64,000 bases of DNA from contig NW_005434655.1 of NCBI RefSeq assembly GCF_000315625.1, positions 804,807-868,806 of the forward strand, read 5' to 3'. The stretch comes from Guillardia theta CCMP2712 (Eukaryota; Protista; Cryptophyta). A program made the position numbers and the translations under genes. Positions 24,553-38,435 of this stretch are shown piece by piece (positions within the stretch are counted from its first letter, which is position 1; each line of letters opens with the position of its first letter). The notes below the pieces were generated by a model. The model worked only from the letters and a program-made list of their open reading frames with translations. It ran no database searches and was not told the origin of the DNA.

Positions 24553-27500
24553 ATGCGCGTTCATCCTTCAAGCGAGGAAGGAGCGGATTCAGTGAGTGAT
24601 GCACTGCCCTCCTTCGCACCTGCGCACAGGTCGTGGGATGCGCGACCCATGTACAACAGGAGGGTCTCAGCAGACGCGCTCGTCACGGGCTTGGAGGACA
24701 GGAAGGCGAAAAATCGAGTGGTGAACGGAGCACACAGAGCAAGGTCGAAGAGTGTTTATGATGCTGAGTCGGTCAAGAATGGGGTCAAGGAGCAGAGGAG
24801 GACAAGTTCGGACTCAAGAAGGCCAGGCTTCGCCGCGCATGAACTCTTCCAGAAGATTGAGAGCGAGCGTAAGTTCTGAGATCTGATGGTGTTCCCTTGG
24901 TAAGCTTTGATGGCGCAGGCGCAATACGGAGGAATTCCTCCAACGTCGAATTGAACAAGGATCTGTCCATGAACGGGAAAGAAGATGGGGGGCAGGCAAA
25001 GAATGGAGGTGCTCCATCTCAAACCATGCCAGAAGAGAAGCTGGTCGTCAAAAAAGAGGGAGAGGTCGAGAGCGGTGGTGGGGATAGAGATTGGCGGAAG
25101 AACAGGGGGATTGTCGAGGACAGGATTGTGGCTCTCAGGAGATTTCTGACCTTGATCAGTGCCTCTAGTATCCTCTTCTCTTGCTTGCAGCACGAGATGA
25201 TCATCCAGAACACCAATCCTCACTCTCTTGCCATCAACACCCTCAAGATCCTCTGTCTCATCCTCGCCTTCGTCAGCGTCGGTGATGCTGCACTAGCTCG
25301 CGGATCCTCGGCTGACATGTTGTTTGACTGCAGTCACTCTGTACAGGATCTTCTACCTCAAGAAAATCTTCATCAGGATCCAGTTGCATCTGCGATCGCT
25401 GCATCGCCTGGATCTCAACGTCGCCCCTCTCAGCATCGTGAAGGAACCCAAGTTCCTCCTGCAGACAGCCATCTTCCTCCTCCACGTCCCTCCCTTCGTC
25501 TCCTTCACCATCCCCGTCCAGTTCGGCCAGAACTTCATCCTGTACCAGATCGAGTCGGTCGGCGCTCTCTGGAGCACGACGAGGGTATTCCTCCTCTGGT
25601 CCTGCTTGCGCGACTTCGTCCTCCGATCGCTGCCCAAGAGACACACTGTCTCCAACTTCACCGAGATCGACCTGGGAAGCGCGTTTGCGGTCAAGACTAT
25701 CATGCATGGTTACTATGCTGTGTTCTTCATCGCCATGGTGTGGATAGTGAGTGTTCTGCTGGCGGCGTACTGGTTCAGAGCCGTTGAGGTCACAGCCTGT
25801 CAGTTCGCGTTCACGACAGACCCGCGATGTCTGCGGGTCAACGCGAGGATGTGGTGGAACGAGCAGGGGGAGTACGAGAAAGTGAATGACCTGTACATGC
25901 AAAATGCGATGTGGGCGATGTTCACGACGAGCACGACAGTCGGTGAGGAGAAGAGAGGGGAGGAGTGGAAGGAGGAGGACGTAGAGATGCGATTGAGGAG
26001 GACGAGGACGACGGGGGGGAAGGAGGAGGTGGCGGAAGATGAGGAAGGGGGAGGAGTGTTTGGGGGGGGGAGGAACAGGGGAAGGAGGATGAGGTACGCT
26101 CGAGCTGACTGTGCTCCCTCCAGGATACGGGGACGTGCTTGCAACGACTTCACTTGGACGCCTCGTGTCGATCTTCATGTCCATCATCGGGCTGTCCATG
26201 GTCGCCATGCTGACCGCGTCGCTAATGCAGAGACTTCAATTCACGAACAAGGAGCAGACGGCGCTGCTCATGTTCGACAAGCTCTCCGCCCTCCACCACC
26301 TGGAGAGGCACGCGGCAGAGTTGCTGCAGGTGTGGTACAGGATCAGGCGGGAGCAGAAGCTGAATGCCAGCAAGAGAGAGAGCGCGAGGAGAGTACACTT
26401 GCAGCAGATCAAGGACGACTTCAAGAAGAAGAAGAAGGTAGCCCGCGCAGAGATGGAAGACTGCTTCTCCGACCAGGCCAAGATCGATCAGATCCACGAG
26501 CGCCTGAAAACCTTGTGCTCTTCCCTGCAAGAGAGGATGCAGAAATCTTCACCCCGCGGTAGCCTGAAGCGTCAGGGGTCCCACGATGGCTCCGTGGTCT
26601 CCTCAAGCTCCAGAAGGAGCAACGGTACCAATCCTCTTCCTCCTCCACCTGTTCCCCCTCCTCCTCCTCCCGAGGCTTTGTTGGTCTCGTCCTTCGCTCC
26701 CCGGGACTGGCGGCGGAGCCCTGTGAAGGTGGACGAGCAGATCACCAGGAGCAGCAGGCTTGCTCTCCTCTTCGCCTCCCTGGGGACCCTCTTCGCGCTC
26801 CTGCAGAACGAGCTGATCTTCGCCGAGGAGGATCCTCATGATACTAGGATCAACGCGCTCAAGTTCGCCAACACTTGCTGCTCCGTCGTCTGTGTGGTGG
26901 GCTAGTGCTCCCCCTCTCCTCTCCCCCTGGTCTTTTTCATCTCTCTCGTATCCTCCATCTCGACCTCCTCCTCGTCATCGTCGTCATCATCCTCCACCTC
27001 TTCCACCTCCTCGACCTCGTCCTCGTTCGCTCTCTATCCCCGACCGGTTGCCGCTGACTTTCTCTGCAGGTCTTTCTTCATCGTATCTACGCGCACGAGA
27101 TTCTCCTGCAGCGCATCATCGGGCACATCCAGCGAGGCCTCGAGCTGAGCACGCACGTCCCCGTCTCCTCCGTCTTTCACAGCAGCAAGTTCTGGACGGA
27201 AGCAGCCGTCTGCCTCCTCCACCTCCCTCCCTTCTTCACCTTCGAGATCGCCAGCATGATGATGGGCAACATCGTGGCCTACCGCGGGGAGACAGTCATG
27301 TGCTCTTTCAACATTCTCCGCGTCTACCTCGCATGGCGCGTCTTTCGGCAGAAGCATCTCACCCACCTGCCCAACCGTCACACCATCGAGCTGTTCACAC
27401 GCGTCAAGTTCAACTCCATCTTCGTGCTCAAGCTCATGCTCAACAGCTGGAACGCCGTCTTCTACCTCCTCCTCTGCGGCTTCCTCTTCGTCCTCCTCGT

Positions 27501-28455
27501 CGGCTACCTCTACCGCAACGCCGAGATCTCCTCCTGTCTCCTCGCCACCACCTCCCACCCCATGTGCCTCCTCCCCGAAGCCAGGAAGTGGAAGATTGCC
27601 GGCAATGAGTTCGACAAGACCAACGACTTCTTCCTCCTCAATGCGTGCTGGTTCATCTGGACCTCTGTCCTCCCTGGAGCAGGAGGCGGCAGCATGTGCT
27701 CCACCCACTTCAGCCGCTTCCTCGCCGCCATGGCGGCGCTCTACGGCATCCTGACCTCCTCCATCACGGCAGCGACGCTGGCGAACCTGTTCAACTACAG
27801 CACGGAGGAGAGCACAGCGCTGGGTATCATTTCCAGGGAGAAGTCGAGGGAGAGGGTCAGGGCGATCGCTGCCGACATCCTCATCCTCTGGTGGAAACGA
27901 GCGACCGGCCGTCCTCTCACCCGCAGGCAGAGGAACCTGAATACCTCCAGCTTGAGGTGAACCCAGCTCTCTCCCCCCCTCCTTTCCTCTCTCTCCCCCT
28001 CCTTTCCTCTCTCGCTCCCCTCCTGTCCTGTCCTGTCCTGTCCTGTCCTGTCCTGCCCCCACCTCTCGCTTCCCCTCCCCTCTCCCTCCCTCTCCTCTCT
28101 CTTTCTCTCTGCTCTCATCTCCCACGTCCTGCTCTCCTTGTCGCTCGTATCAAGGGGATGACTATGTGCTGCAGGCAAGCCCTGAGGGAGGAGAAGATGC
28201 TGGTGAATGTCGAGCTGGAGGATGTTGCCAGCAGCAGCAGCAAAGTACAACAGGTAGGAGGAGGAGGAGGAGGAGGAGGAGGAGGAGGACGAGGAGGAGG
28301 AGGAGGAGGAGGAGGAGGAGGAGGACGAGGACGAGGACGAGGAGAAGGGCAAGGAAGGGGAGGAAGGCAAGACAGTGAGGTCTTTTTCTGACTGACTTGC
28401 TGTCTCTTGCTCAGATCTCCAAGAGGTTGAAGTACATTGAGAGTTACTTGGAAAG
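24553..28455 (+). CDS. SK/KCNN-like Ca2+-activated potassium channel with two tandem 6TM domains (multi-exon; 3' end runs toward gap)
   Basis: Domain 1: LFSCLQHEM, FLLHVPPF, NAMWAMFTTSTTVG|YGDVLATTSLGRLV, FTNKEQ, AAELLQVW. Domain 2: LFALLQNEL, CLLHLPPF, NACWFIWTSVLPGAGG, YSTEE, IAADILILWW. Confidence 0.85.
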
Positions 28456-28619
28456 GGTGAGCGAGGAGGACAAAAACGAGAACTCCTCCTGATGTTCTCT
28501 GCTCCTGCTCCTGCTCCTGCTCCTGCTACTGCTCCTGCTGCTGCTCCTCTGCTGCTGCTCGTGCTCCTAGCTCCGATTAGTAGATGGAGTTTGCAGCCTC
28601 TCGTCCACTTCGACGTCTC

Positions 28620-29617
28620 NNNNNNNNNNNNNNNNNNNNNNNNNNNNNNNNNNNNNNNNNNNNNNNNNNNNNNNNNNNNNNNNNNNNNNNNNNNNNNNNN
28701 NNNNNNNNNNNNNNNNNNNNNNNNNNNNNNNNNNNNNNNNNNNNNNNNNNNNNNNNNNNNNNNNNNNNNNNNNNNNNNNNNNNNNNNNNNNNNNNNNNNN
28801 NNNNNNNNNNNNNNNNNNNNNNNNNNNNNNNNNNNNNNNNNNNNNNNNNNNNNNNNNNNNNNNNNNNNNNNNNNNNNNNNNNNNNNNNNNNNNNNNNNNN
28901 NNNNNNNNNNNNNNNNNNNNNNNNNNNNNNNNNNNNNNNNNNNNNNNNNNNNNNNNNNNNNNNNNNNNNNNNNNNNNNNNNNNNNNNNNNNNNNNNNNNN
29001 NNNNNNNNNNNNNNNNNNNNNNNNNNNNNNNNNNNNNNNNNNNNNNNNNNNNNNNNNNNNNNNNNNNNNNNNNNNNNNNNNNNNNNNNNNNNNNNNNNNN
29101 NNNNNNNNNNNNNNNNNNNNNNNNNNNNNNNNNNNNNNNNNNNNNNNNNNNNNNNNNNNNNNNNNNNNNNNNNNNNNNNNNNNNNNNNNNNNNNNNNNNN
29201 NNNNNNNNNNNNNNNNNNNNNNNNNNNNNNNNNNNNNNNNNNNNNNNNNNNNNNNNNNNNNNNNNNNNNNNNNNNNNNNNNNNNNNNNNNNNNNNNNNNN
29301 NNNNNNNNNNNNNNNNNNNNNNNNNNNNNNNNNNNNNNNNNNNNNNNNNNNNNNNNNNNNNNNNNNNNNNNNNNNNNNNNNNNNNNNNNNNNNNNNNNNN
29401 NNNNNNNNNNNNNNNNNNNNNNNNNNNNNNNNNNNNNNNNNNNNNNNNNNNNNNNNNNNNNNNNNNNNNNNNNNNNNNNNNNNNNNNNNNNNNNNNNNNN
29501 NNNNNNNNNNNNNNNNNNNNNNNNNNNNNNNNNNNNNNNNNNNNNNNNNNNNNNNNNNNNNNNNNNNNNNNNNNNNNNNNNNNNNNNNNNNNNNNNNNNN
29601 NNNNNNNNNNNNNNNNN
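28620..29617. other. Assembly gap (~1 kb of N); further ~100-N gaps at ~13.5, 15.1, 34.9, 52.4 and 56.2 kb
   Basis: Runs of N, each flanked by low-complexity sequence. Confidence 1.
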
Positions 29618-32600
29618 NTTTTACTCCTCGAACATATGATTCTGGAAGTCCGTCCCTGCCAACCAGCCCGTCAAGTCCTCCTGTCTTCTTCACCTCCTCC
29701 TCCCTCTCCTCCTCCCCCGCTTCCTTCCGCCCTCCCTCTCTCCTCCTCCCTCCTCTCCTCCCTCTCCTCCTCCCCCTCTCCTTCTCTTTGCCTTCCTTCC
29801 ACTCATCTTCCCCCTATCTGCTTTCCTTTCCCCTTCCTGCCCTTCTCCTCCCTCGCCTCTTCCTCCCACTCCTCCCGCTACTCTCAACCCGCTCTCCTCA
29901 CCGTCTATCTCGTCGTCTCCATAAAGATATTCCTTCACCAGCCAGTGGGGACGATGAGGCTGAAACATCCAGTGAGAAGGGAGGAGGAGGAGGCAGAAGG
30001 AGGAGGAGGAGGAGGAGGAGGAGGAAGGAGGCTGATCTATTGCATGATAGATGGGAAGCGAAAGAGATGATGTTGAGAAGGAACGACGGAGGAGAGAGAA
30101 GGGATGGATTGACGGCAGGGGGCTAAAAGAGGAGGAGAGAGGAGGGAGGAGGGAGGAGGGAGGAGGGAGGAGGGAGGAATCACTTTCTACCTGAACAACA
30201 TAATCGGTGACCAGAGACCTTGCGTACTCCTCCTCGTCGCTGCTGGAGTACCTGGAGGAGGTGGAAGGTAAGCAAGAGAGAGGGAGGGGGGAAGGACGGG
30301 AGGGAGGGAGGGAGGGAGGAAGGATGAGGGAGGGAGGGAGGGGCAGTTGCTCATACTTCGCCTTCCCATCTGAGAAAGAATCGTCGGGGATGTTACCCAA
30401 GTCAAGATCCTCGTCATCATCCACCAGCCCCAGCCGCAGCCTGTTCCTCTGCTTCCTCGACCTCCCCAGGTGCTGCGAGCCCGGCAGGTCCCGCACGTCG
30501 AAGGATGCGTCCCTGTGGTGATCTGGGCCCAGCAGCTGCTCGTGACCCTTCCATGCTCTCTTGCAGTACTTGTCATACAGCCTCTCCCCCGGACGATCCT
30601 TCTCCTTCCTCTCCTCCCTCTCCAGCACCCCGTAGCCGAAGAAGAGGTCGAGCTTCAGCGGAGGAGGAGGAGGAACGACCCCTTCGCTGACCTTCCACTG
30701 CTCAATCAGCTGGTCCTCCTTCACCCGCGTGATGGGGCTGAACGGAGAGCCGAATCTCTTTATCTTGTTCGCTATCCTCTGCTCGCACCCGAACGCCAGG
30801 TTGTGAAACAATCCCGACGCTACTTGTATCCTCCTTCCGAACATCCCTACGACTGGCACCGCCACCATGCAGTTCCCATGGTTCCCCTGCCCCGTCTGTC
30901 CCATGTCGCTGCTTCCCATCACTCGTACTTGCCCGTCAGTGGTGACCACCAGTGAGTGCTCCGACCCGCATGCGATGTCGACGGCGCGGTCGAGCACAGT
31001 CTCGTCCTCAAGACCCGCAACGAAGGCCAGCTCCTCGGGCAGGAGGTGGTCCGTCTCTGATCCCTCCGACCACCTCAGCCCCAGCTGCCCCAGCTGGTTC
31101 TTGCCGAACCCGAACAGGGTCCCGTTGGTGAGCAGGACGAGAGTGTGTTCGTCCCCGCATGCGATTTTTCTGATCTCGCAGCCGTCAAAGAAGCTGACCC
31201 TCGTCATCCTCCTCCTGTCCTCCTTGTCCCCTAGCCCCAACTGCCCGTTGCTGTTGCTCCCACACGCGTACAGTCTCCCTCCTTCCGTCGCAATCATGCA
31301 ATGCAGCGACCCGCACGCCACCACTGTCGCTCTCGCCGCGCCTCCTTGCTCCTCTGGCAGCTCGATCACTCGAGGTTCGCAGAACATATCATAACCCTCT
31401 TTACACCCGCCCGCCCCTTCCACCACCTGTATCCCCATCCCCAGCTGCCCCTTTCTGTCCCATCCCCATCCCACCACCTTCCCTCCCTCCAGGATCGCGA
31501 GCGAGAAGTCCCATCCCGCGGCGACGCACAGCACGTTCTCTCCGCTGAGCGCTGGCACCAAGCAGGGCGACCGATCGCTCATCCTTAAGTCCGTGCCTCC
31601 CCTGCCCAGCTGCCCGACCTCGTTGGCTCCAGCAGAGAAGAGCATCCCCCTCCCTGTCCCCTCCTCCTCCACCAGGAACAGCGTGTGGAAGAGCCCGACA
31701 GCGATCTGAAGGATGCTCGCCCCGTCCAACCCACGGACGCGGCAAGGAGCCGGCACGTCGTCGGGATCCACATCGCAGACACTCTTCATCTCCTGCACCA
31801 CCTCCTTCCACCTGCTCCCCAGCATTTCCCTCGCCTCCTCCTCGTTCAACTCGTCCAGGGGAGACTGTCCCGAGGCCTCGTGCCTCAGCCCCAGCCCCAG
31901 CTGCCCGAACTTGTTCGACCCGAACGCCAGCACGACGTTGGGATTGTGCAGGCAGACGAAACTCTGCATGCCTCCTGCGTAGATGGCAGAGATCCTGCCA
32001 TGAAAGGGAGTACCTGCTCTGAAAAGGGGATGTGAGATCGCAAAAGTCTGTTCAGCCTCATAGGGCAGTCCCAGCTGTTTGTCCAGGTTGCTTCCCCACA
32101 AGAGCAGCTGCTCCTGACACTCTCTCATCTCCTCTGCTGACTGTGGGTGATGAATGTTTCTCCGCACATACGCTGCGTTCCTCTTCCTTGCCAGGTATTC
32201 GATTTCAACCTGCCAACACACCCTGAGTGAGAGCAGGGCAGGAGGAGGGAGAGGAGAGGAGAGGAGAGGAGAGGAGAAGGGAGGGGAAGGGAAGATGGGA
32301 GGAGGGAAGGGGAGGGAAGGGGTGGGGAGGGGTGGAGGAGAACTCAGAGGACCAGGTGAGAAGACAAGGGTTGAGGGGCAGGAGGACAAGGAGGAGGTGG
32401 TCTGACCATCTCCAAGACAGGGGGGAGGGTGTCGGGGATGTAGGTCATGTCAACGACGTAACCGTAGTCAGGTCGCTTCTGTATGTAGCAAGGCATCTCC
32501 ACCGGCCCGTCGCCTACCCATGGATCGATTTCTGACTCCCCGTCCACGTAACGCTCCCTCGCTGCCTCCCTCCAGGGCTCCTCGACTCGCTTCTGGGTCT

Positions 32601-34137
32601 TGAAGTAGTCCATGTTCGGCATGTTCTGGTGCTTCAGATTCACTGGGATGTGGAAACCCTCGACCTCGATGCTCTTGTCCTTGCCTTGAATACTCTGAGA
32701 GATGTTGTACATGAACTCCTGCTCCTGTCTCGCCTCCTCCTCCCTCTCCAACTTCTTCGCATGGGCCATACTCACTGACCGCCGGTACTCACGGGACTCT
32801 TCGTCCGCCTCGTCATCCTCCGGGACTCTCTTGTCCAGCCCCGTCGATCGGATCAACTCCGGTATATGCCGTCTCTGCCACTCTGCCATCCTCGTGTCGT
32901 TGTACTTGAGGAACACTGAGCATCTGGACTCGACCATGTCGATCAGCTGCCTCGCCATCGTGTGCAGGACCCTCCAGTGTTTCGTCACTTGCGCAAAGGT
33001 TCGCAGCTGCTCGAGCTCTGGGGAATTGCTCTCATTGAACGAGTGCTCCTTCAGCAAGTTCTCCTTGCACATGAGCACCGGGTTCACTCGCTTGTACCGC
33101 TTCGGCAGCATCCTCCCATACTGATCGCGGTCCTCAAACCCTGCAGCAGAATCTTCCGAAGCGGGGAGGTCGAGGTCGTCGAGACAAGCTTGCAGTGGGT
33201 CATCTGTGCTCTCGTCCTCCTCCTTCCGCATCTGCGCTATCCTCTGCTTCAACGCTGCTTCCTCTGACCGACAGTTCTCACGCTTCGCCACCTCCATGCA
33301 AATCTTCCTCGCAGTCTCTCTTTGCGGCAGGTTCTCCCCGCCCACGTCCTCCAACAGCTCGAGGAAGACCTCTGCTCCTCTCCTCTTGACGTCAATCGTT
33401 CCTTGACTCCTCGCCGCATCCTCCTGCTCTTGAGCAAACTTGTCCGCCCCCGGCCCATGCCACTGGTCCAACGACACAAGATCCTCCGGCCGTCCAATCA
33501 GCCCAGGAATCTGTCGCACATCCTCCCCCCACTGCAGCGGTCGCACACCAGGGCCCCTCCTTTCGCTGGTCTGTAAGGAGTTGAAGAAGTCTGCATTCTC
33601 TTCCAAGATCAGCTGATCCTGCTCTTTGAGCCTTTTATCATAGATGGGGATCCGGATCGCGGGTGGACCTTTGGCAGGGTCGTCCTCGATGCTATCAACC
33701 TCATAGATCCCTCCAGGAGCGTACTTGGGCTCCTCCTCCTCCTCCTGCGCTAGGTTCTCGTCGCCAACCATGCTCCCCGTCCTCAATATCTGCTCGGAGA
33801 TGACCTGATGCAGTTCTGCCTCGGTATCCTCCACCATCTCCTTCTTGGTCTTGCGGTGCTTCTTCATCAGCGTCTTCTCACGGCTCATCCTTGCCTTCCT
33901 CTCCTCCTGCCCCTGAATCATCTTCATCTCCACCTGACTGCTGTACGACCCGAATGCCCTCGAACCACCTCGGATCCTTTGCAGCGGCGGAAGCGACGAG
34001 AGGAGAACTTTTGTGAAATCTCCTCTGCAGCTGTGAACCTTCTCCTCAACTGTCAAGGAATGTGCGATGGAGGAAGGATGAAAGCACATTTGTAGAAAGA
34101 GGAGGAGAAACAAGGTCAAGAATGTGGCAGGCTTCAT
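29618..34137 (-). CDS. RCC1-repeat protein with N-terminal signal peptide and long acidic N-terminal region (multi-exon; 3' end in gap)
   Basis: Repeats FGSNKFGQLGLG, AVGLFHTLFL, AGANEVGQLG, ACGSLHC, CGSNSNGQLGLG, IACGDEHT, FGKNQLGQLG, IACGSEHS. Exon 1 (34137 to ~32404) begins MKPATFLTLFLLLFLQMCF. Confidence 0.85.
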
Positions 34138-35630
34138 CGTTGCTTGCCCCTTGTGTGCTCTGTCATGCCTCCCGCACTCCCAACGTGCTACTCATCTCGT
34201 CCAGCCAAATCCCTGTGGGCTCTTCCATGAGAGAGTGATTTGTAATGCACGCTACTTTCTAATTGATGACATCTGGTACGCAACTGCTCCTCTCCAACAA
34301 CGTTTTCACTCCTCTACCGCAATCCCATTCTTCTTTGATTCCACCTGCAAACAGAACTTGGTTCAACAAGAGGAAGACAGATTACAGGCATGTGTCTCAG
34401 TTTCTCCATTCTGAACTTCCATCCCTTTCGGAACCCTGCTTCGCATCTCGTTCCGACCTCCTCCTCCTCCTCCTCTCTTCCACAACACAATTGATCCGGA
34501 TTCTACACCATTCGGTCGTTCCGTCTTCCCCTATCCGGGCTCCTTTGGTCCTCCCATTCTTTCGACTCCATTTCTAATGTTCACTCCCTATCTCTCCACC
34601 TTCGAAAACAATATTTATGATTAACTTTCGATTCATGTGCATCTGTCGACGACTTCCTCCCTCTTCCCTTGCTCCGTTCTACTCCAAACCTAAATCATTT
34701 CCTGATCTCCCGTCAAACTTTCTCTTCTTCTCCTCTCTACTTTTCTTCTCATAACCTCCTCCTCCTCCTCCACCACCACCACGAGGTGGTATTTTTCAAT
34801 ATTGGGGGGTTGGGGGGGGGGGGGGGGGGCTGGCTGCTTTACGGGGTTAGTGGGGGGGTGGGGGGGAGGTGGGGTGGGGTGGGGTGGGGGGGGGGGGGGT
34901 TTGGGGGGCGGCGAAACACAGAAAATACTAAAAAAGCAANNNNNNNNNNNNNNNNNNNNNNNNNNNNNNNNNNNNNNNNNNNNNNNNNNNNNNNNNNNNN
35001 NNNNNNNNNNNNNNNNNNNNNNNNNNNNNNNNNNNNNNNCATAATCAAAGGGGTACTAAATAGAGGATATCACAGACCAAATAGGGGTACTAGGAAATCT
35101 TAGCTGAGTGGGTAGGGGTACCGTTTAGTGCGATCATATGGGAAAGAAGGGAAGAAATGCAGGGATGGTTGTCAGGGAGGGAAAGGAAGGGAAGTGAAGA
35201 GGATGGGGAGGAATCGAGAGGAGGAAGAGGAGAGGATGGAAGCGTATGAAGAAGAAGAAGAGTAGCTGAGAAGGAGGGGAGCATGAGGATGAGGGGAGAG
35301 GAGAAGGGGAGGGAACGAAGGGAAGAATGAGGAAAGGTCGGAAGTGAAATGGAGACAAGAGGGAAGAGGAGAAGAGCGAAGAGGAGGATAACGAGGGATC
35401 TTACAATGGATAGGAGCAAAGATGAAACAAGAGCGAAGATCGTAATGAGCATTGAAAGAAAGCAAAGACAAGGAGGGTTGACGGTGAGAGTACAAGCATG
35501 ATCGCCGTCAGCAAACAAAGAAATCCTGGGAAAGACACATGTCTTGATCTCGAAGAATCACAAGAGTCACGGCACATTCTTTGTACCCAGAGTTGACATC
35601 CTATCGAAAGGGCAGATGGTGAGATAAAGA

Positions 35631-38435
35631 GTGGGACACGTCCTCGTTGATCTTTCACATGATCTGAAGGTATCTCCACTCCTTGATGTGCATGATCCTG
35701 ACTTTCACGTGAAGATGGTCGATGCAAACCAGCAGCTGGATGATGCTCATACAGAGGATAGGAGCAGCGGCCACGCAGATGCTGGAAATTCGATGGCGGC
35801 GGTTCCATTGAACGATCGGAGCAACATGGCCAATGGAAGGATTTATTCCTGGAAGCGATTTGTACCAGAGGTAGACGATATTCTTGAGCTGCGAAAGCAA
35901 AACGAGGATGAGAAGAGCGCATGGTCAGTAACGAGCGGATATCTTTTGTTCCTGCTGACGGATCACGCTCAGGTGTCATGCCAAAGTGCAGGAGGTGAAG
36001 AGGGACGAGGAGTCCAAGCGGGTCGAATGCCTGCTCAAGTACTTGAAAGATTGCTTCATTGAAGACAATCAAGTGGCAAAGGCCGGTGATGAAGAATGGG
36101 TGGAAATCAGCGACAAAGTATGCGACGCGAGCACCGACTTTGAAAACCCCAAGAGAACGGTAATGATGACCTGTGCGACTGGACGTGAAAGATGCATCTT
36201 CTACTGAAGTTTTAATTTCTGGCTTTCCCTGCAGATTTGGCCGAAGAATGGTCGATATTTCGTCAAACATGAGAACGAATCTCTCTTCTCAATTGGTAGA
36301 CTGTGTGATCTCAACTGTGGTCGAGAGCTCACGATCTGTAAACCAGGGAGGAAGTATGGGATTGCTTGGGAAGCTCTCGCTGCCTACAACGAGAATTTTC
36401 ATCCGACTCTGTCAAAACATTCAAGGATAAAGAGTGGGAGCGTGATTTATCTGCCTAAGGACAAAGTAAGTTTGTCTCAGGGATTGTTATCCGCAAAATC
36501 GCTATGCAAGTCCTCTCGTGACAGCTTGGTCCAGGAGCATGAAGGGCAAGCCAATGACGAGAATGCTGGAGTGGGTACCAGTCGGTCAGCAAGGAAGAGA
36601 CGTGTAGACAGGAATCTTTCGGACTTCTCACCTGCCAAAACTGAAAAGTCTCTCACGGAATCGTTTGAGGAATCCTTCGGTTCGCCGCAAGAAGACCGTG
36701 ATCTCACATCTGGCAGGCCTGCCAAGACTAGGAGGTCGTTGGTTTCGAGGAGCAGGAGTATTGAGAGAAAATATCACGAATGCTTGTTGCTGCGCGACAA
36801 GCCAGAAAATTGCGTTTCATCGTATTGCGTCAACTTTAGACAAACTGCGAGGAGAGGATTGCTGGAAGAGATTTTGCCGACGGACCATGATGTCGATCTG
36901 TACCACAACATGGAGAAGAAGACGACGGAAAAGGCGTCGAAAGATGCCGATGCGCTCCTTCAATACTCAGCCAATGGACTCAGCAAGATCTCGAGAGGGT
37001 TGGTTGGCTTGTGCAGCGTGCTCCCTCCCTGATTGCTCTTTGCAGAACTTTGAATCACATGTCTCCGGAGTCAAGCATCCTCTACAAGATGGTGAAGAAC
37101 AAACGGTAACCCACCTCTGCTGTCTCATCTCTCCATCATCTCCCTGGTCAGGTCGTTGGACCAGAGGATCTACTGGCGGGATTATCGTGAGAAGGAGACC
37201 ACCGGCGAAGAGGGTGCTTCGCCCGTTTCACACCAGGAGCCGCGGGCTGTAGAGGAGGCAGACTCAGGGTCTTACAGGTCTGCCTTGAGAATCTTTGGTG
37301 GTCGGCTGGAGCTCAATGCCCCGATGCTCTGCAGGGAGATCGAGGAGTCCAACGCGAGCACCTCTGGATGGAGTTCATTCGTCCCTTCCCATCCCAACTT
37401 TGCCAACACCTTCTCCATGATCGATTGTAGCAAGAGGCTGCTGACTGATGCGCTCAAGGTAACGGGCCCGCTTGCTTGCCTGCTGGTCTGACTTGCCCTG
37501 ACACTCAAGGCTTGCGGGAGGCCGCGCACTGAGGTGGAGCGGCAAGTGCAGCTGAACTTGGCAACAGACTATCTTGAGGTTATCTTCGGGATGCAGGGGC
37601 AGGCCTTCCGGTCGGTGCTGGAGACGATCTCCAAGAGCATGTCGGAGGTTGACAACAAGATTCAGAACCTGCGCGAGCTGCATGCGCAGCGCACTGGGAG
37701 CAAGGAAGAGTTCAACAACAGCGCATTCCTGCCCTTTCATTCCATGCAGTCGACTGCACCCAAGAGTTCTGACCGGAGAGACATCAAGAACAACGAGATG
37801 CTGAGCGAGTTCGAGGCCGCGTATGGGTGCGAGCGGCCAGCAGCTGAAGCGAGCAGGAGGAAGCTCACGGCTGGGAGCTCGCAGGCGCAGGAAAGGAGGA
37901 GGTTAGAGACACCGATTGAGATGACGAGGAAGAAGAAGACGATACAGGGGGTGGCATACAAGGACACGTCGAATGGAGGAAAGAGCGAGAAGAGCGTAAG
38001 GCAGGGTCAGCAAGAACTTCACGTCGACAAGGAGCGGGGAGTCCAAGAGCCCGCAAAGAGTCTGAATGTTGAGGTGACTCCGCCCAACGAGCCACATCCC
38101 GCAGCAGCTCCCAAGCCACCCATGACTGAAGACAAGACCCTTGACTCCTTCCAGGAATTCTTTGGAGGAGATCCCGACGACACAGAGGAGGAGGAGGAAG
38201 ACGACGAGGAAGAGGAAGGGGAAAAGGATCGATTGCCTTCTCGAGGGGGAGAGGATACGCGCGCAAGCAGAGGCAGCAACGTGGTGAGCGACATGAAGGA
38301 GAGGGGGTCATGCTCATCGTTGGGGCAGGTGGGTCAGTCGGGTGGGTCAACACCAACAAGGGTGAAGAAGATGGCATTTGTTGTCAAGGTGAGATGCGAT
38401 GTGTGTTGGAGAATGCAATGACATGTTCAGCAGTG
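35631..38435 (+). CDS. Hypothetical protein (multi-exon)
   Basis: Chain of open frames separated by ~50-nt GT-AG introns. Charged low-complexity C-terminus. No family recognised. Confidence 0.55.

Noticed and set aside
27795-30126. Long ORFs of 351-632 aa
   Set aside because: They are open only because they read through N gaps.
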